This document shows positions 24,351 through 36,745 of a stretch of 64,000 nt of DNA, in pieces. The first letter of the stretch is position 1, and the number at the start of each line of letters is the position of its first letter. Source of the DNA: Lama glama (Eukaryota); assembly GCA_028534125.1 (NCBI GenBank), contig CM052818.1, positions 10,418,001-10,482,000 of the forward strand, in the 5' to 3' direction. The notes under the pieces are model-generated. The model was given only the letters and a program-made list of their open reading frames with translations, ran no database searches and was not told the DNA's origin. The position numbers and the translations under genes were made by a program.

Positions 24351-25059
24351 AGGGCCCTAGAGGAGAGGCTCTCCGTGGATCTTGCTTTCTCTTTGGGAGA
24401 CCCCAAGGAGTCACTATTAGAGCTCCTCTCTGGCATCGGACCTTTCAGAAAGAAAGTCCAGACCTGAGACAGTAGTGAATGTGGAGAATGAGAAGTTGGA
24501 CTGTAGTTGGCTCTGCACTGGTGTCCTCACATCTGGCCTGCCCATGGAATTTGGTGGCTGTGCATTGCAAAGGTGAGTGGAGGGCTTTTCATTGTAAGGC
24601 TTTGGCTTCTTCACACTGACTTTTTACATCCCAGAAAAGGCCACAGAGTATGTAGTCATAAAGGTCCACTTATTCTTTAATCCAAGTTATTTTCCCTGGC
24701 TTTTATGCCTCTGGAAATTTTAAGTGAATTTTTAAAAAGTATTTTTCGGTTCTGTTCAATAAACGGTGCTGAGTTCCTACAAAGTGCCAAATGTGGTCCC
24801 ACGCTGTAAGGAAATAGGAAGCAGATCACAGTCTATTCCTGTTAGCATGCTGACATTTTAGTTCATCTTGACTGAATCCCAGGGTTGGATTATTGATCAG
24901 GGAGGGCTTGATGGGAAGACAGAGAACTCAAAGTTAGAAAGATCTCTAGCATATCTGGTCTTGCCTGTTGCCCGTTTCCTGACCTAAACATTTTCTCAGA
25001 ACCTGACTCTTGCCTTTTGGTTCTGCTGTGATGATTTATGCTTGACACTGCTTTGGCTT

Positions 25060-25190
25060 GTTTAGTTCAACATAAATGTATGGAAAACTTACAGTGCGCT
25101 AGGCACTGCACTTGTGCTGGAGGACACAAAAGGAGATGACCTTGAGGATGAGTTTGTCCTTGAGGAGCTGATATTCTACTGCAGCATTAG
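25060..25190 (-). mobile_element. L2 3' end
   Basis: ttcaacataaatgtatggaaaacttacagtgcgctaggcactg...gtccttgaggagctgatattcta. Confidence 0.65.
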
Positions 25191-27144
25191 ACCACCACAC
25201 CCTTCCAAGGACAAGACTGTCAGATGCTAAGGAGAGGCTAATGAAATCTCAGTGCCCCATGGGAGTAACCAGCACTTTGGATTTTTTAGGCAGAGGTGTG
25301 CTGCTGTCCTCAGGAAGCTTCCAGTCGTCTCAAGAAAACACTTTAGGATAAGATGCATGAGACTTTTTTAAGGTTCTTTGAATTCATATAGGCAATCTAG
25401 TAGAGTGAAAGTACCTTTTAAATGTATTGAATAAGGAAGAGATTATTAGAGAAGGCATCCTAATCCAGTGTTTCTAAAGTCATTGGACATTTTCATCTGC
25501 AAGGAATATACATTCTCATCTCCATCAAGGATGATGGAGAGTGGCCTTTGACTCAACAACAGGAAGATATTGGATTACTGGCACGCCCCCCATGCCATGT
25601 GTTTCTAAAAGGTTTAAAAATTACTTTGTCTTCTCTACAGTTCGTATAGTGCAAAAGTAGACAAGACATTTGTGCATTGGCACTTTGGCCAAATCCATCT
25701 CAATAGCTATAGTTTCAAGACAAAAAATGAAGTCCCCCCCCCTTTTTTTAATGTAGTTTTACTTTGGTTTTGGAAAATTCCCCAACTGAAAAGAATTGAC
25801 ATCCTGGCAACTCAGTTACCTGGGCCTTCCCCCTCTCCTTCTGAGTTCTGACCCCCAGAAAACTATCACATGGCAGAGCAGCTTATGCAGCTTACAGGGT
25901 TCAGGACTAAAGATTTTCTGTATCCACAGGGGAAGGCTGAGTCCTGAGAGCATTCAAAGATCCATAAGAAGGTGGTGTTGGAAACCACCTGTCATGGAAC
26001 AGAAATAATTCAGGATTGGAGCACAATTATTGGTTCTTCCAGATGCCTAAGTGGGTAAATTTGGAGGCTGTGGTTATGGAGAGATTTGCGTGCTAGATTG
26101 TACAAAATCAGTTCTGGGCCCCAGACCAAATCTTATATCACCTACCAAGAGTTTTCTGCCCATCTAAGCACACACATACCTTCATCCTCCTATTTCGATG
26201 GAACTTACTACTCATTCTAGTACTTAACTTGCATGCCAGATTTTCTTGTTATTTGAGGGTGCCAAGCACATATGTCTTGGCTCCTAGGTAAGAGTATAAG
26301 AAGATGCAGGTACAATAAATCTTGTATGTAGTCCCTACATTTTGGTATAAACGCTTAGCTGATGCTCCATTAATGTTTACAGAATTTTGCATTCAGCTGA
26401 ATCAAATTGACACTATTCATTCCAGTTTCCTCTGAATTTGCTACCATCATGAATCACCCTAAAAATTTCCCTTGTGTTCTTATCAAAATCCTGTTGCTTC
26501 ATCAGGCTGAAGATTAACATACCCTTTTGTCCTGGGACTGTGGAAGAGACCCCAGTTCTTACAGCCATTTGTTGGCCTTGTTTAGATTCTTCTCTTTGCC
26601 AGTAGCTTCCAATTTTTTTTTCTTTTTTAATCAAAGGAAACTTAACCTAATTTAACCATGCCTACTGTTCTGCCCACACCTCAGCCTGTTCAGGGCACTG
26701 GGGTGGACTTTCTCCGCAAAACCAGAATGTTCAAGGTCTAGTGCTGTTCTTCCTGACCTTCTGAAGCAGGGAGAATGGCTCTCAGTGGGGCTGATCTCAG
26801 ATCTAGGGAAACAGGCACACAAATCCCAAAGTGACCTGCATTGATGCCCATCAGTTTGATGTAGCTGCCGTTCTTTCCCTGTGGGGCCCTAGTGTTCTGA
26901 TGCAAGTCCTGGCTTCAGTGAGTGACAGGTGCGACCAACGGCTGCATGAGTTATTTCCTTTGGAAACCACAGCTGTGGCTGAGGCCAACGGATGGCAACG
27001 GTGCCACTGGGCTCTCTGGGAGCAATCCGCTTGGCCGTCTTCAGCCTCAGGAAGGGCTTTTAAATTTGATGAAAATAACCCAGGAGGCTGGGTTTCAGTG
27101 GCAACTGCAAGTGTCCTCGAGATGGGAAGTACCCAGAGAGGAGA

Positions 27145-27389
27145 ACAGAGTAGGGCTTGGGAGCCAAGATTTTGGAATGAGACAGGCTGGGTTCAGGTCC
27201 AAGCTCTGCCACATTCTAGCTTTGTTACTTTGGGCTATTTTTTAAAACCTCTCTGAGCCACAGTTGCCTACTAGGTAAAATGGGGGGCCGTGTCTAGCTT
27301 TTATGTTTATTGTAAGGATTGATTAAGATAAAACATTAAAGCATTTTTGTACAGTGTCTGGCACTCATTTGATGTTCAATAAACTTTAG

Positions 27390-27422
<33 letters not shown>
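27145..27422 (+). mobile_element. Near full-length MIR ending in a (TTA)n tail
   Basis: gacaggctgggttcaggtccaagctctgccacattctagctttgttactttgggc...aacctctctgagccacagtt...taaaatgggg...gtaaggatt...acagtgtctggcac...caataaac...tattattatt. Confidence 0.9.
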
Positions 27423-27479
27423 GACAGAAGGTGGGAAGAGACATGTACTCTCTTGGAGCTCACAGCTTCCTTCAGCCCA

Positions 27480-27620
27480 AAAGATGAGCCTGTTCCCCTG
27501 TCTGGGTGATGGGAGTGATGGTAGTACCTACATCGTCACTTTGTTGTGAGAATCAAGTACAAGGCACTTAGAACAGCATCTGGCATGTGGTGAATGTCGT
27601 AGGATTAGCTTTCATTAGTT
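27480..27620 (+). mobile_element. MIR 3' half
   Basis: gtagtacctacatc...ttgttgtgagaatcaag...gcacttagaacagcatctggcatgtggtgaatg. Confidence 0.65.
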
Positions 27621-28214
27621 TCGTCAGTGTCGTTGTTTTTATTTACTAAGATTCGTGAACATCATTCTAAGATGTTGACAGGGAGTTGCCTTGTGTTGAT
27701 TTGGAACTGGACTTTGATTGGAGCTACCAAAGCAGAGGAGGTGGGAACAGCTGTTCTAGTTAGTTTGCTATTTAAAACACTTTATTCTAGAATTAATTTC
27801 TCAGATGGAATAAAAGGTTGAAGAACCACGGTGCTTTTATCAAAGTAGAACCCAGTGTATTACACTATTTTCATTGATTGATCCTTAGGAGCTAGAGCTG
27901 TTACCTCCCTGTCCCCTTCACTTGGACTGTTGCATCATCTTAAGCTGCAGCTCAGAGAGTTACCTCCCATCAGAATGTGTTCTTGAAACAGGGGTGTTTT
28001 GAGCCTAAGAGTGCTTGCTGGCTGAACGATTCCAACCATAGATTTTGATGGCTTAAATGGTTCCCTTTTCTATTGTTTGGCATTCAGAATTTTTGCATTG
28101 TATAACATTAATCAGGAGACGAGCATATATTCAAAAGAAATCAAAATATCATAAAACTCCAACCTGAGAAATGAACACAGCTTGGAATGCACAATGGAAC
28201 CATCTCTGAATAAT

Positions 28215-28400
28215 TAGTAGGTTCATACTCTACATGTTCCTTGCAGTGTTCCTTTCCTACACGGGCAGGTTTTTGTCTGTGTTCATCCTTTTCATGCTCT
28301 GCTTAAATATGGTTTCTAGATTGTGTTCCATGTCCCTGAGGCATGCAGTCCAAAGGAAGGAGCCGGAGCAGCTTCTCAGCCTTGCATGGAGGGGAATGCT
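28215..28400 (+). repeat. Left arm of long inverted repeat (core 28258-28384)
   Basis: reverse complement of 29581-29709, roughly 80% identity by manual alignment. Confidence 0.9.
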
Positions 28401-29564
28401 TTAGTTTACTTTAAACATTCACCACCCAGTGGTGCAGTAATTTGTTTTTGGATTTTAGCAAATTGCTTGTTTTCTACTACCCTTTTGAGAATTTGGACAA
28501 ATCTTTATTTTTTTCCCCCTGGATTTACATGGAGATTCAGAATAGCTCTGGAAAGCTGAAGAACTATTGCTGGTAAGAGATGCAGGATGGACAGCATGTC
28601 AGAGGGCCAGGATCCCAAAGAAGGGAGTTGGAAGCACAGCCACACTGGTGACAGCTCCCTCTTTGACTCCTAAGGATAGATTCTCTGGGTGCTTCTCAGT
28701 CCGTGGAGACAAGTCCAAGTCAGAGGCAATAAAGAGTTTGTAATGAATTCTTAGGAACATCCACTTCCAAATTTGGGTGTGAAACATGGAGATACTATCT
28801 TCCATGACACACAAGGGCTAGAATTAGGCCAGCTCAGAAAGTGCGAGACTGGTTCTAAGTCAGCTAGAAGAAGGTGGAGAGGGGGGATTGGGGCCCCAGT
28901 GGTGAATCATAGGATGGAGGAATCTTCATTTCCCACACCCTGGGTCTCATGTGTGGGGTACAGGGATTGTGTGAATGAGTTTGTAATTGGAAGGATGAAG
29001 CTCATAAGGGGTCACACAGCCAAAGATCTAGGAGAGAATAAAGTCTTCTATCAAGGAAGTCAGCCTTTCTTTCAAAGTTATTGTAAATGCCCAAGGCTGG
29101 TGGGGACTTAGTAAAATTGTCGAGTTTAACCCTCTGTTCCAGAACAGCTGCACAGAGGAAGGCTGATCTTGTTTTCTCTTCTGCATTTCCCAGGGAGACA
29201 CTTTGTGAAGATCTCTTACGTCTCATGGTTAGGAAGTTCTTCCCATAGTCTAGACCACATTTCTCTTGTGGTATCTATCTCCAGTTTCTATCCTTCTTGA
29301 TCTGCCCTCATTCTTTCCTCCTGGATCTCTTTAACTTCTCTTTTGTAGGGCCGAGACTAATTACTTTAGTTCTTTTCCAAGGGGACGGTTTCTCCTACAC
29401 CTTGTGTCATTTTTTGTGTGTGTCTCTATACCCACATAGGTATTTTTGTGGCTAGAGGGAGAGTCCTTCTGGGATGGTATTTTTACCCCCGGGTGGATCT
29501 GTGCTGTGAATAACCTGAGCCATTCTGGAACCATCCCCAGACCGGGCAGGTGGCAGCCCCATTT

Positions 29565-29755
29565 GCTCTTTCCTAAGTGCCAAGGCAGAGAAGCAACTCT
29601 GGCTCCTTCTCTCTGGACTGCATGCCTCCGGAACATGAAACTCAGTCACAGACACCATATTTAAACAGAGCAGGGAAAGGATGAAAATAGATAAAAACCT
29701 GTCCATGTGGACCAGGAAAGCTGCATTTCCAATATGCTGTTAGCAAGACCCTGCT
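29565..29755 (-). repeat. Right arm of long inverted repeat (core 29581-29709)
   Basis: its reverse complement caggtttttatctattttcatcctttccctgctctgtttaaatatggtgtctgtgactgagtttcatgttccggaggcatgcagtcca... aligns to 28266 onward. Confidence 0.9.
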
Positions 29756-31679
29756 GCCATCCTTACAGCACATAGAGATCCATCAGGGCAGAAGCTGGAT
29801 GGTGAGCAGCTCGGCCACCTGTGGGTTTGTTCCTGGATACTGGTGTGCCAGGCATGTGCCGGGGCAAAGTCTGGTGCAGGATGAGTAAGGTCAGGCCCTT
29901 TCCTAGAGTATGGAGAAGTATGACTTAAACAACTAAACCATGAGAAACAACACAAGAGTCCATAGAATTAAGGGTGAGGCTTTCTGTTTGAGAACAATGG
30001 TTTTCAAACTTTTTAAGCTGAGGAATTCTTCAGATAAAATTTTGGAAATTCTATGTGTGAAAAAAATATCAAAAAATGTCCAATGCACATTTACCTGTAG
30101 TCCTAGTATAGTAGTTAAGGCTCAAGGCTGAGAACAGAATGCACCCATGGGCATCTACCTCTCCATGAGGCTTCCAGGGAGATGTCAGCTCGGAGGACTG
30201 ACCACTTCACCTCCCCAGGGTAAGAACCAGGACAGCAGAGATGGCTGTGGGGAAGAGTAGTGTGCATGAAGTTCCCCACCCCCTGTCACCCAGATCACTA
30301 CAGAAGATAGATCCTGCCTTCGCCTAGGGATGCTGTCCTGAGACTGTTGATGACTGCCGGAGGTACTGTTGCATTGGAGCAGTGTGGTTGATGTTACTCA
30401 GCAAACATTGCCAAAATTACCTGGTAATAGCACCCAGGGGAGCTCTTTAGGGGCTACCCTTTTGTCAGTGGGGCAGGTTGATGCCCCCATCCAACTTCAG
30501 TGAGTGCAGAGATGGTAAGTTAGAATAACTGTTGTGAACAACAAGGAGGGGACTATAAAGTCTTTCATCCAAATTGGGAGTGCACTGCCTCCTTCCTGCA
30601 TCACTCCCTCACACTGGAGGAGATGCCACCCAGAACAGTAAGGACTGAGGTGTGTTTCTAAGGGCCAGGCCAGACTTTCTGTGCTAGTGGACTTGAGCTC
30701 CAGCGTAGGGCTGGGGGACAGGGGAAGAGGAGGTTGAAATTAGATGTGAGAATGAAGTTGTAAAATGCACAGATGTAGGGGCCTGTCTGCCTGAGAAGGC
30801 AGATGAGGAGGGCAGATGGATCCAGATAGAGAAGGCAGTCTTGGGAAGCGGACTTTCCGGGCCTGGGTGGGAAGGGAGGATGCCAAGAGTCACCTTCCCC
30901 ATGTCCCCAGTTTGGCCTAAGGCTGACACTGACTTCAAGTGAATCAACCTCAATTTTCCCTGTTGAAAGGAGCTCATAGGGCAAACCGGAGGCCACTACT
31001 TACATTTAATGAACCATCTTGTGGACTGGTAGGAAGATCTGGTCTTCTGTTTCACTGTGGTCAAGATTTCAGGCTTTTTAAAAATACATATTGAGTAGGG
31101 GTCAATTCAGTTTAACTGAGTTCAATTCCAATTCCAGATTCAAGTTACAATGCTTGCATACCTACTATTGGTCCTGTGCTCGGTTCATTCACCCAGAATG
31201 AGGAAAGGAGAAGAGGGTAAGACAAGGCACATCTACTCTCAGTGGAGCATTGTTGCTGATATTATTACCTTTGCTCATTTCCCTCTTGCCCAGCCCTACC
31301 CAAGACCATACACATATTCCACTCCTCCGAGAAACCTTTCTGCACCACTAGCCCTGGGATTCCGACCCCTTCCCAGCTTCCTGATGGTCTGTGCCACTCC
31401 ATTCAGCCCCTCAGTGTGGTCTAGTCCATTTCTTCCCAACGATCATATGGAAATCAGCTCAAGAACAACAGGCATGCTGCCAGGAGTAGATGTGCCGTGT
31501 CCTGTAGTCTGGGGAGTTCTCAGACTGTTGGTGAGTTCTGCTGTTAGTGCATCCTGGGGGGGTTCTGACACCAAAGACCCCCTTTGTTGTAGCTGCAGCT
31601 CTGAGAAGCTTGGGAGACGTTGTTGTCCAGGCAGGGTGAGCCACATCAGGGACTGCCAGTGTTGCCCTCATCGAAGCCT

Positions 31680-31896
31680 GATCAAAACTCAAGGAGCAAG
31701 TGCTCTGTAAGAGAGGGGAATGGAAGTTTCCAGTCTCTTAATGCCTGGGCCTGGAAAACTGGCTCAGTGTCACTTTTGCTATAATCTGTTGGCCGCCATG
31801 GGTCACAGTCCCTGCCAGTTTCAAAGTGGAGGGACCTAGAATTTACCTCTCAGTGGGAGGAGTAGCAAAGAGTGGGGGCTGTGCTTAATCTACCAC
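31680..31896 (-). mobile_element. MLT1 (ERVL-MaLR) LTR fragment, MLT1H-like
   Basis: ggaagtttccagtctcttaatgcctgggcctggaaaactggctcagtgtcacttttgctataatctgttgg...acctctcagtgggaggagtagcaaagag...ttaatctaccac. Confidence 0.8.
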
Positions 31897-34089
31897 TTGA
31901 TAATAAAATGATGTTCAGAAGCCCAGTGTGTACAACAGAAGGTGGGAGACTTAGAGACTCCTTGTTTAATCTCTTCTTCTAACCCAAAGGTCAGAGAAGA
32001 CCTTGGAGCTGTCATTTGAATTTGAGAACTATGACAACAGCTATTTGGTGTGTGAGAACAACAGAGAAAAGAAAATACTATATATGTAATGGTAATTTCC
32101 TCCAGATATTGTCCCCTCTAGGGACTTAGTCTCTCCAGCTGATACAGCTTACTCTTGAGGCTAGTGCTCTAGTCATTCTGAGTGCATAGCTTAGCACAGG
32201 GCAGGTGGGCATCTGAAGGCTGCCCAGACTGCCTGCCAACCAGTCTCCACGTTGGGGCCCAAACTAAGAGGAAACCCAGTTCTTTGGGACACTCTGGAGT
32301 TTTCCACACCCATTATCTCCATTTAACCGTACCAGGAAAGTTGTGCTTCCCTTCACAGCCTAGAGCAGAGGGTTTATCGACTGAGCCCTGCCCTTTTTTG
32401 TTTGAGACTCTGAGCAGGTGTTATCTGAGAACAAGCAGGTGTTTGTAGAAATGTGACCTTGAGCCCTGAATACTGACCTGCTCTTTTGTTCTGGTGACTC
32501 ATTTGTCCTTGAATGGGGTTGGTTTCTGTTTATGAAATGGTTGCAAGGCCACAGTGACCATTCTGGACATCACTATTGTATACGTAGGCACTCCCCTCAC
32601 CACACAGAGACATTACTGTGTGCATTTCCTACCTTCTGGCCCGAGGTCTAGCCGTCCTTTGTCACCACAGGTTTGTCCACAAAAAATGGCAAACAGATAC
32701 AGTATGCTCAGGTAACACTTCCCTAAAGGAGGTTATGTATATAAGAAAGAAGAAGGTGCCTTGTTCTAACGACTCGCTGTTCTCAGGCTCGAAAATACTA
32801 ACTGAGTAACTGAGAAGCTACTGGGCTTTTCTGAAAATCTTTGGCTACTACGAGATACCTCAGACCAGAGGAACTTGGAATTTAAGCCAGAAGTTCGCAT
32901 TTCATCATATTTCCATATTCCTAATGACCGAAAAAGTGTGTGTATTTGTGTGAATGCACATTTCTGGACCTTTATGTTGAGTTAGTGGTTCAGTCTTTAG
33001 GGCTCTCAGGTCCCAAAAAGTGTGAGTCCAGTTTAAACCCAGAAAAAGGAAGTGTTTTTATCTATAAACCAAGTTCAACATAGACATTTAAGTGTATGTG
33101 TCTGTGTAAACCAACTGACAAAATTATACGTTGGAGTCATTTCCTAGGAAAGTCTCATGGATGGTATTGCTATCACAAAATTACAAAGTTCAGCATCAGT
33201 CCTGTCCTGAAGGCTCTGTGCAGCCACTTGAAATAGGGCCAGTAATTCAAAAGCCATTGCACCTGTAGGTAGATGATCATGCCCAATAAGACGTCATGTT
33301 TATTTAGGACTCAAAATAAGGTGTTGTCTACTCAGGCTATGTGACCCTGTACCTCATTTCTAGTGTCAGATGCACAGAGGAATTCTCCGACTCGGTTACC
33401 CCTGTGATGGTGGAAGAAGACTGGAGACACGCAGGGATCAGATAGCAGTAAGCTTACTGGGGCAGGAAGGACTGGGCTGTTCATTAGCACCTTGCATGGT
33501 TTGGGGGTTTCTAATGAAGTGACATTCTTCTTACAGTATCCTTGAAAGCACAAAGATGGGAGCCAGTTATATTTTGATCAGTGGCAGATAAAAAATATTT
33601 GAAAGGATTTCTTTGTAGTCATGCAAGATGTGACATAGTTTATTGACATGATTTTTTGGGGGCTCTTTGAGTTATTCTTGTTCCTCCTGTATCGAGTTTT
33701 GATGGTGAATTGATATACCCTTTCACTAATCATCCTGGCATCCTTCCCAGTGTTTCACTTGCCTGCAATTATAGAAAAACACTCCCTAAATTCTCTCCCT
33801 CAAAGGCAGCAGTGTATAGGACGTTCCCCATTGCATGGCAGCAGTGGTGTAGGGGACAAGGGAAGCTGTATTCATCAGGAAGCACTGGGGTTTTCAAGAG
33901 AGCACAGTGCTGAACAGAGAGCACACCCCCCCCCCGCCCAGCAATCACTTGAAGCAGAATGATCTTTGAAATATAAGTGGCCCTGTAAAAACACAAGCAG
34001 ATTCTGCAACGTCTATTTAGGGCATCCAAGAATGCCACATAATAGGAACTTGAGTGCACCTGATGGTAACCATATGGCAGGTTCTGATG

Positions 34090-34589
34090 NNNNNNNNNNN
34101 NNNNNNNNNNNNNNNNNNNNNNNNNNNNNNNNNNNNNNNNNNNNNNNNNNNNNNNNNNNNNNNNNNNNNNNNNNNNNNNNNNNNNNNNNNNNNNNNNNNN
34201 NNNNNNNNNNNNNNNNNNNNNNNNNNNNNNNNNNNNNNNNNNNNNNNNNNNNNNNNNNNNNNNNNNNNNNNNNNNNNNNNNNNNNNNNNNNNNNNNNNNN
34301 NNNNNNNNNNNNNNNNNNNNNNNNNNNNNNNNNNNNNNNNNNNNNNNNNNNNNNNNNNNNNNNNNNNNNNNNNNNNNNNNNNNNNNNNNNNNNNNNNNNN
34401 NNNNNNNNNNNNNNNNNNNNNNNNNNNNNNNNNNNNNNNNNNNNNNNNNNNNNNNNNNNNNNNNNNNNNNNNNNNNNNNNNNNNNNNNNNNNNNNNNNNN
34501 NNNNNNNNNNNNNNNNNNNNNNNNNNNNNNNNNNNNNNNNNNNNNNNNNNNNNNNNNNNNNNNNNNNNNNNNNNNNNNNNNNNNNNNNN
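34090..34589. other. Assembly gap, exactly 500 N
   Basis: directly visible; the round size indicates a placeholder. Confidence 1.
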
Positions 34590-35419
34590 CCAGGACAGAG
34601 AGTTCAGCTGACTGACTCTTCCACGACCACATTTAATGAACAGTCTCTGCTGTCTTGTATATGTAAAACATCAAGGAACACTTTAATAGTTTTACACAAT
34701 CCCTGAAGCCTGGTCCACGGCCAAGACACATTAGCTTTCTAAATCTTCAACAGTAGTTTTCCCTCTCAGAACCAGGGCAAATTTTTATAGCATTCCCGAG
34801 TGCATGTGCTCATTTAAGGAAAAAAAAACCCCACAAAAACCAAGCATTAAAAAAGGGACCAAGACTAGTGCTATTTTGTTATCACCTTAGATTATTTCAA
34901 GATTGTACTGGAGAAATTTTGTATCCCAATTTTGTTCAATCAGAAATGGGTATGTGTGCATGAAGAGTTCTTTAAAATATTTAAACTATGGATTCTTTCC
35001 TCCCCAAAGGTGCAAGGGTGTTGCCTTCAGCATGTTTCTTACTGGAGAGAATTGAGCATTTGGTTTTATCAGACACTGGCACGGTAATGAAGCTATTTTG
35101 ATAGAAATAGCCTCATTACTGTTCATTTTTGCTGGCTCTCAACTAATCCTTGAACCAAAGTTCTATTTTCCTCCCTACCAGAGGAAAACAGGCACAACAA
35201 GCAAAATGAGAAGCTGTCCTTATCCTCTGAAGCTAATGACGAAGGCCGACCAGGTCTTTCCAAGGGGCCCTTTTGGAGGTGCCTGCCACTGCTTATGATA
35301 ATTCCCCATGACACCCCCTGGTCATGTGGAGGACTGACGCCTTCCCTGAAATACACACCATTTTATTCAAAGGGGAGTTGTGCCTTCCACAGTTCATGCT
35401 CATCTCCTTTGTTTTCTTA

Positions 35420-35548
35420 ACATGGTGCACTGAGGAGCATCTTGCACTGGGGTTAAAGAGATCTGGCTTCCATCTAGCTGTATGACCTTGAGCATATCAT
35501 CAAACCATTCTGGTACCAATTCTCTTCCCATTCTTTCCATTTTAAAAT
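35420..35548 (+). mobile_element. MIR fragment
   Basis: ctagctgtatgaccttgagcatatcatcaaaccattctggtaccaatttctc. Confidence 0.6.
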
Positions 35549-35565
35549 AAACTATTCTAGAATAG

Positions 35566-35707
35566 GGAGGAGGGTATATCTCAAGTGGTAGAACACATCT
35601 TAGCATGCACGAGGTCCTGGATTCAATCCCTAGTACCACCACTAAAACATAAATAAATGAATAAATCTAATTACCTCCCCCACCAAAAATATTTAAAAAA
35701 ATAAAAG
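35566..35707 (+). mobile_element. tRNA-derived camelid SINE (Vic-1 type), full length
   Basis: ggagggtatatctcaagtggtagaacacatcttagcatgcacgaggtcctggattcaatccctagtacc (A and B boxes), tail taaataaatgaataaatctaattacctccccc, A-rich end; 17-bp TSD aaactatt(c/t)tagaatag at 35549-35565 and 35708-35724. Confidence 0.9.
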
Positions 35708-36745
35708 AAACTATTTTAGAATAGTTTTAGATTTACAAAAAAGTTGCAAAGACAGTAGAGTGTCTGTGTTAGTTCCTCACCCCTTTTCCTCTGTGCATGA
35801 CATTTTACATTTGTCATAATTAAAGAGCCAGTTTTGATACATTACTGTTAACTAAAGTCTACATGTGATTCAGATTTTACTAGTCTTATAATGTCCTTTT
35901 TGTATTTCAGAATCTCATCCAGGATACCATTTAGTTGTCTTTTTTGCCTCCTGTAGTCTGTCAGTTTCTCAGGTCCTCCTTGTTTCTGATGAGTTTGACA
36001 GCTTTGAAGAATACTTGTCAGGTAGAATGTCTCAATTTGGGTTTGTCTGCTATTTTTCTCGTGGTTAGACAGGGCTCATGGGCTTTAGGGAGGAAGACCA
36101 CAGAGGTGAAATGCCTTTCTGATCACATTATATCAGTGGTACATGCTGTCAACTGATAATGTTACCCTTAATCACCTGGCCAAGGTAGTGTTTGCCAGAT
36201 TTCTCTGTTGTGAAGTATCCCCACTCACCTTCCATACTCTGCTCTTTGGAAGTAAGTCACTAAGTGCAGCCCATACTCAGGGTGGATGGATAGAGGGGAT
36301 TGAGTTCCACCTCCCGGTGGGAGAGTATCTACGTAAATTATCTGGAGTACTTCTGTAAGAGAGTTTGAGCTCTTCTCCCCTTGTATTTATTCAGTCATTT
36401 ATTTCTACCAGTGTGGACGTGGAGATATATTTTTTATTTTTCCAGTTTTATTGAGATATAAATGACATATAATGTAGATGTACAGTTTAAATTTTAGATT
36501 ACAAACCAACACTATGTTCTTTTAATTTTGTTCCTCAAATTGTTACAGTTTTGGCCATTAGGAGCTTTTTCAAGTTGGAGTCTGTGAAACCTTTGAGACG
36601 ACTCCATCATTTTGTTTTGTGAGCACATCTTTACTTTCTGTCACTGTGTGATACTTTAGGCTCATCATGTGTATCCCCTAACCCTACAATCAACCATTTT
36701 CCCAAGGAACCCTGGTTCGTTTTATTGGAGAATGGTGTTAGAAAC
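35708..36745 (-). mobile_element. L1MC/L1MD-type 3' region, with a probable short younger L1 end near 36430-36480
   Basis: ttttagaatagttttagatttacaaaaaagttgcaaagacagtagag...catccaggatacc...cacagaggtgaaatgcctttctgatcacattatatcag...ccattttcccaaggaaccctggttcgttttattggagaatggtgttagaaacc. Confidence 0.9.

Noticed and set aside
31150..31710. 186-aa ORF with hydrophobic N-terminus
   Set aside because: It starts in L2-like sequence and ends in an MLT1 LTR; no recognisable family.
32671..32711. 41-nt mini-exon candidate (cacag|...ctcag|gtaaca) containing aaaATGg
   Set aside because: Weak pyrimidine tract, no partner exons and no recognisable peptide.
33769..34706. ORFs of 287, 246 and 185 aa
   Set aside because: Their length comes from translating the N gap.
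35566..35640. tRNA gene
   Set aside because: The tRNA-like head is followed by a SINE tail and flanked by TSDs, so it is a SINE.
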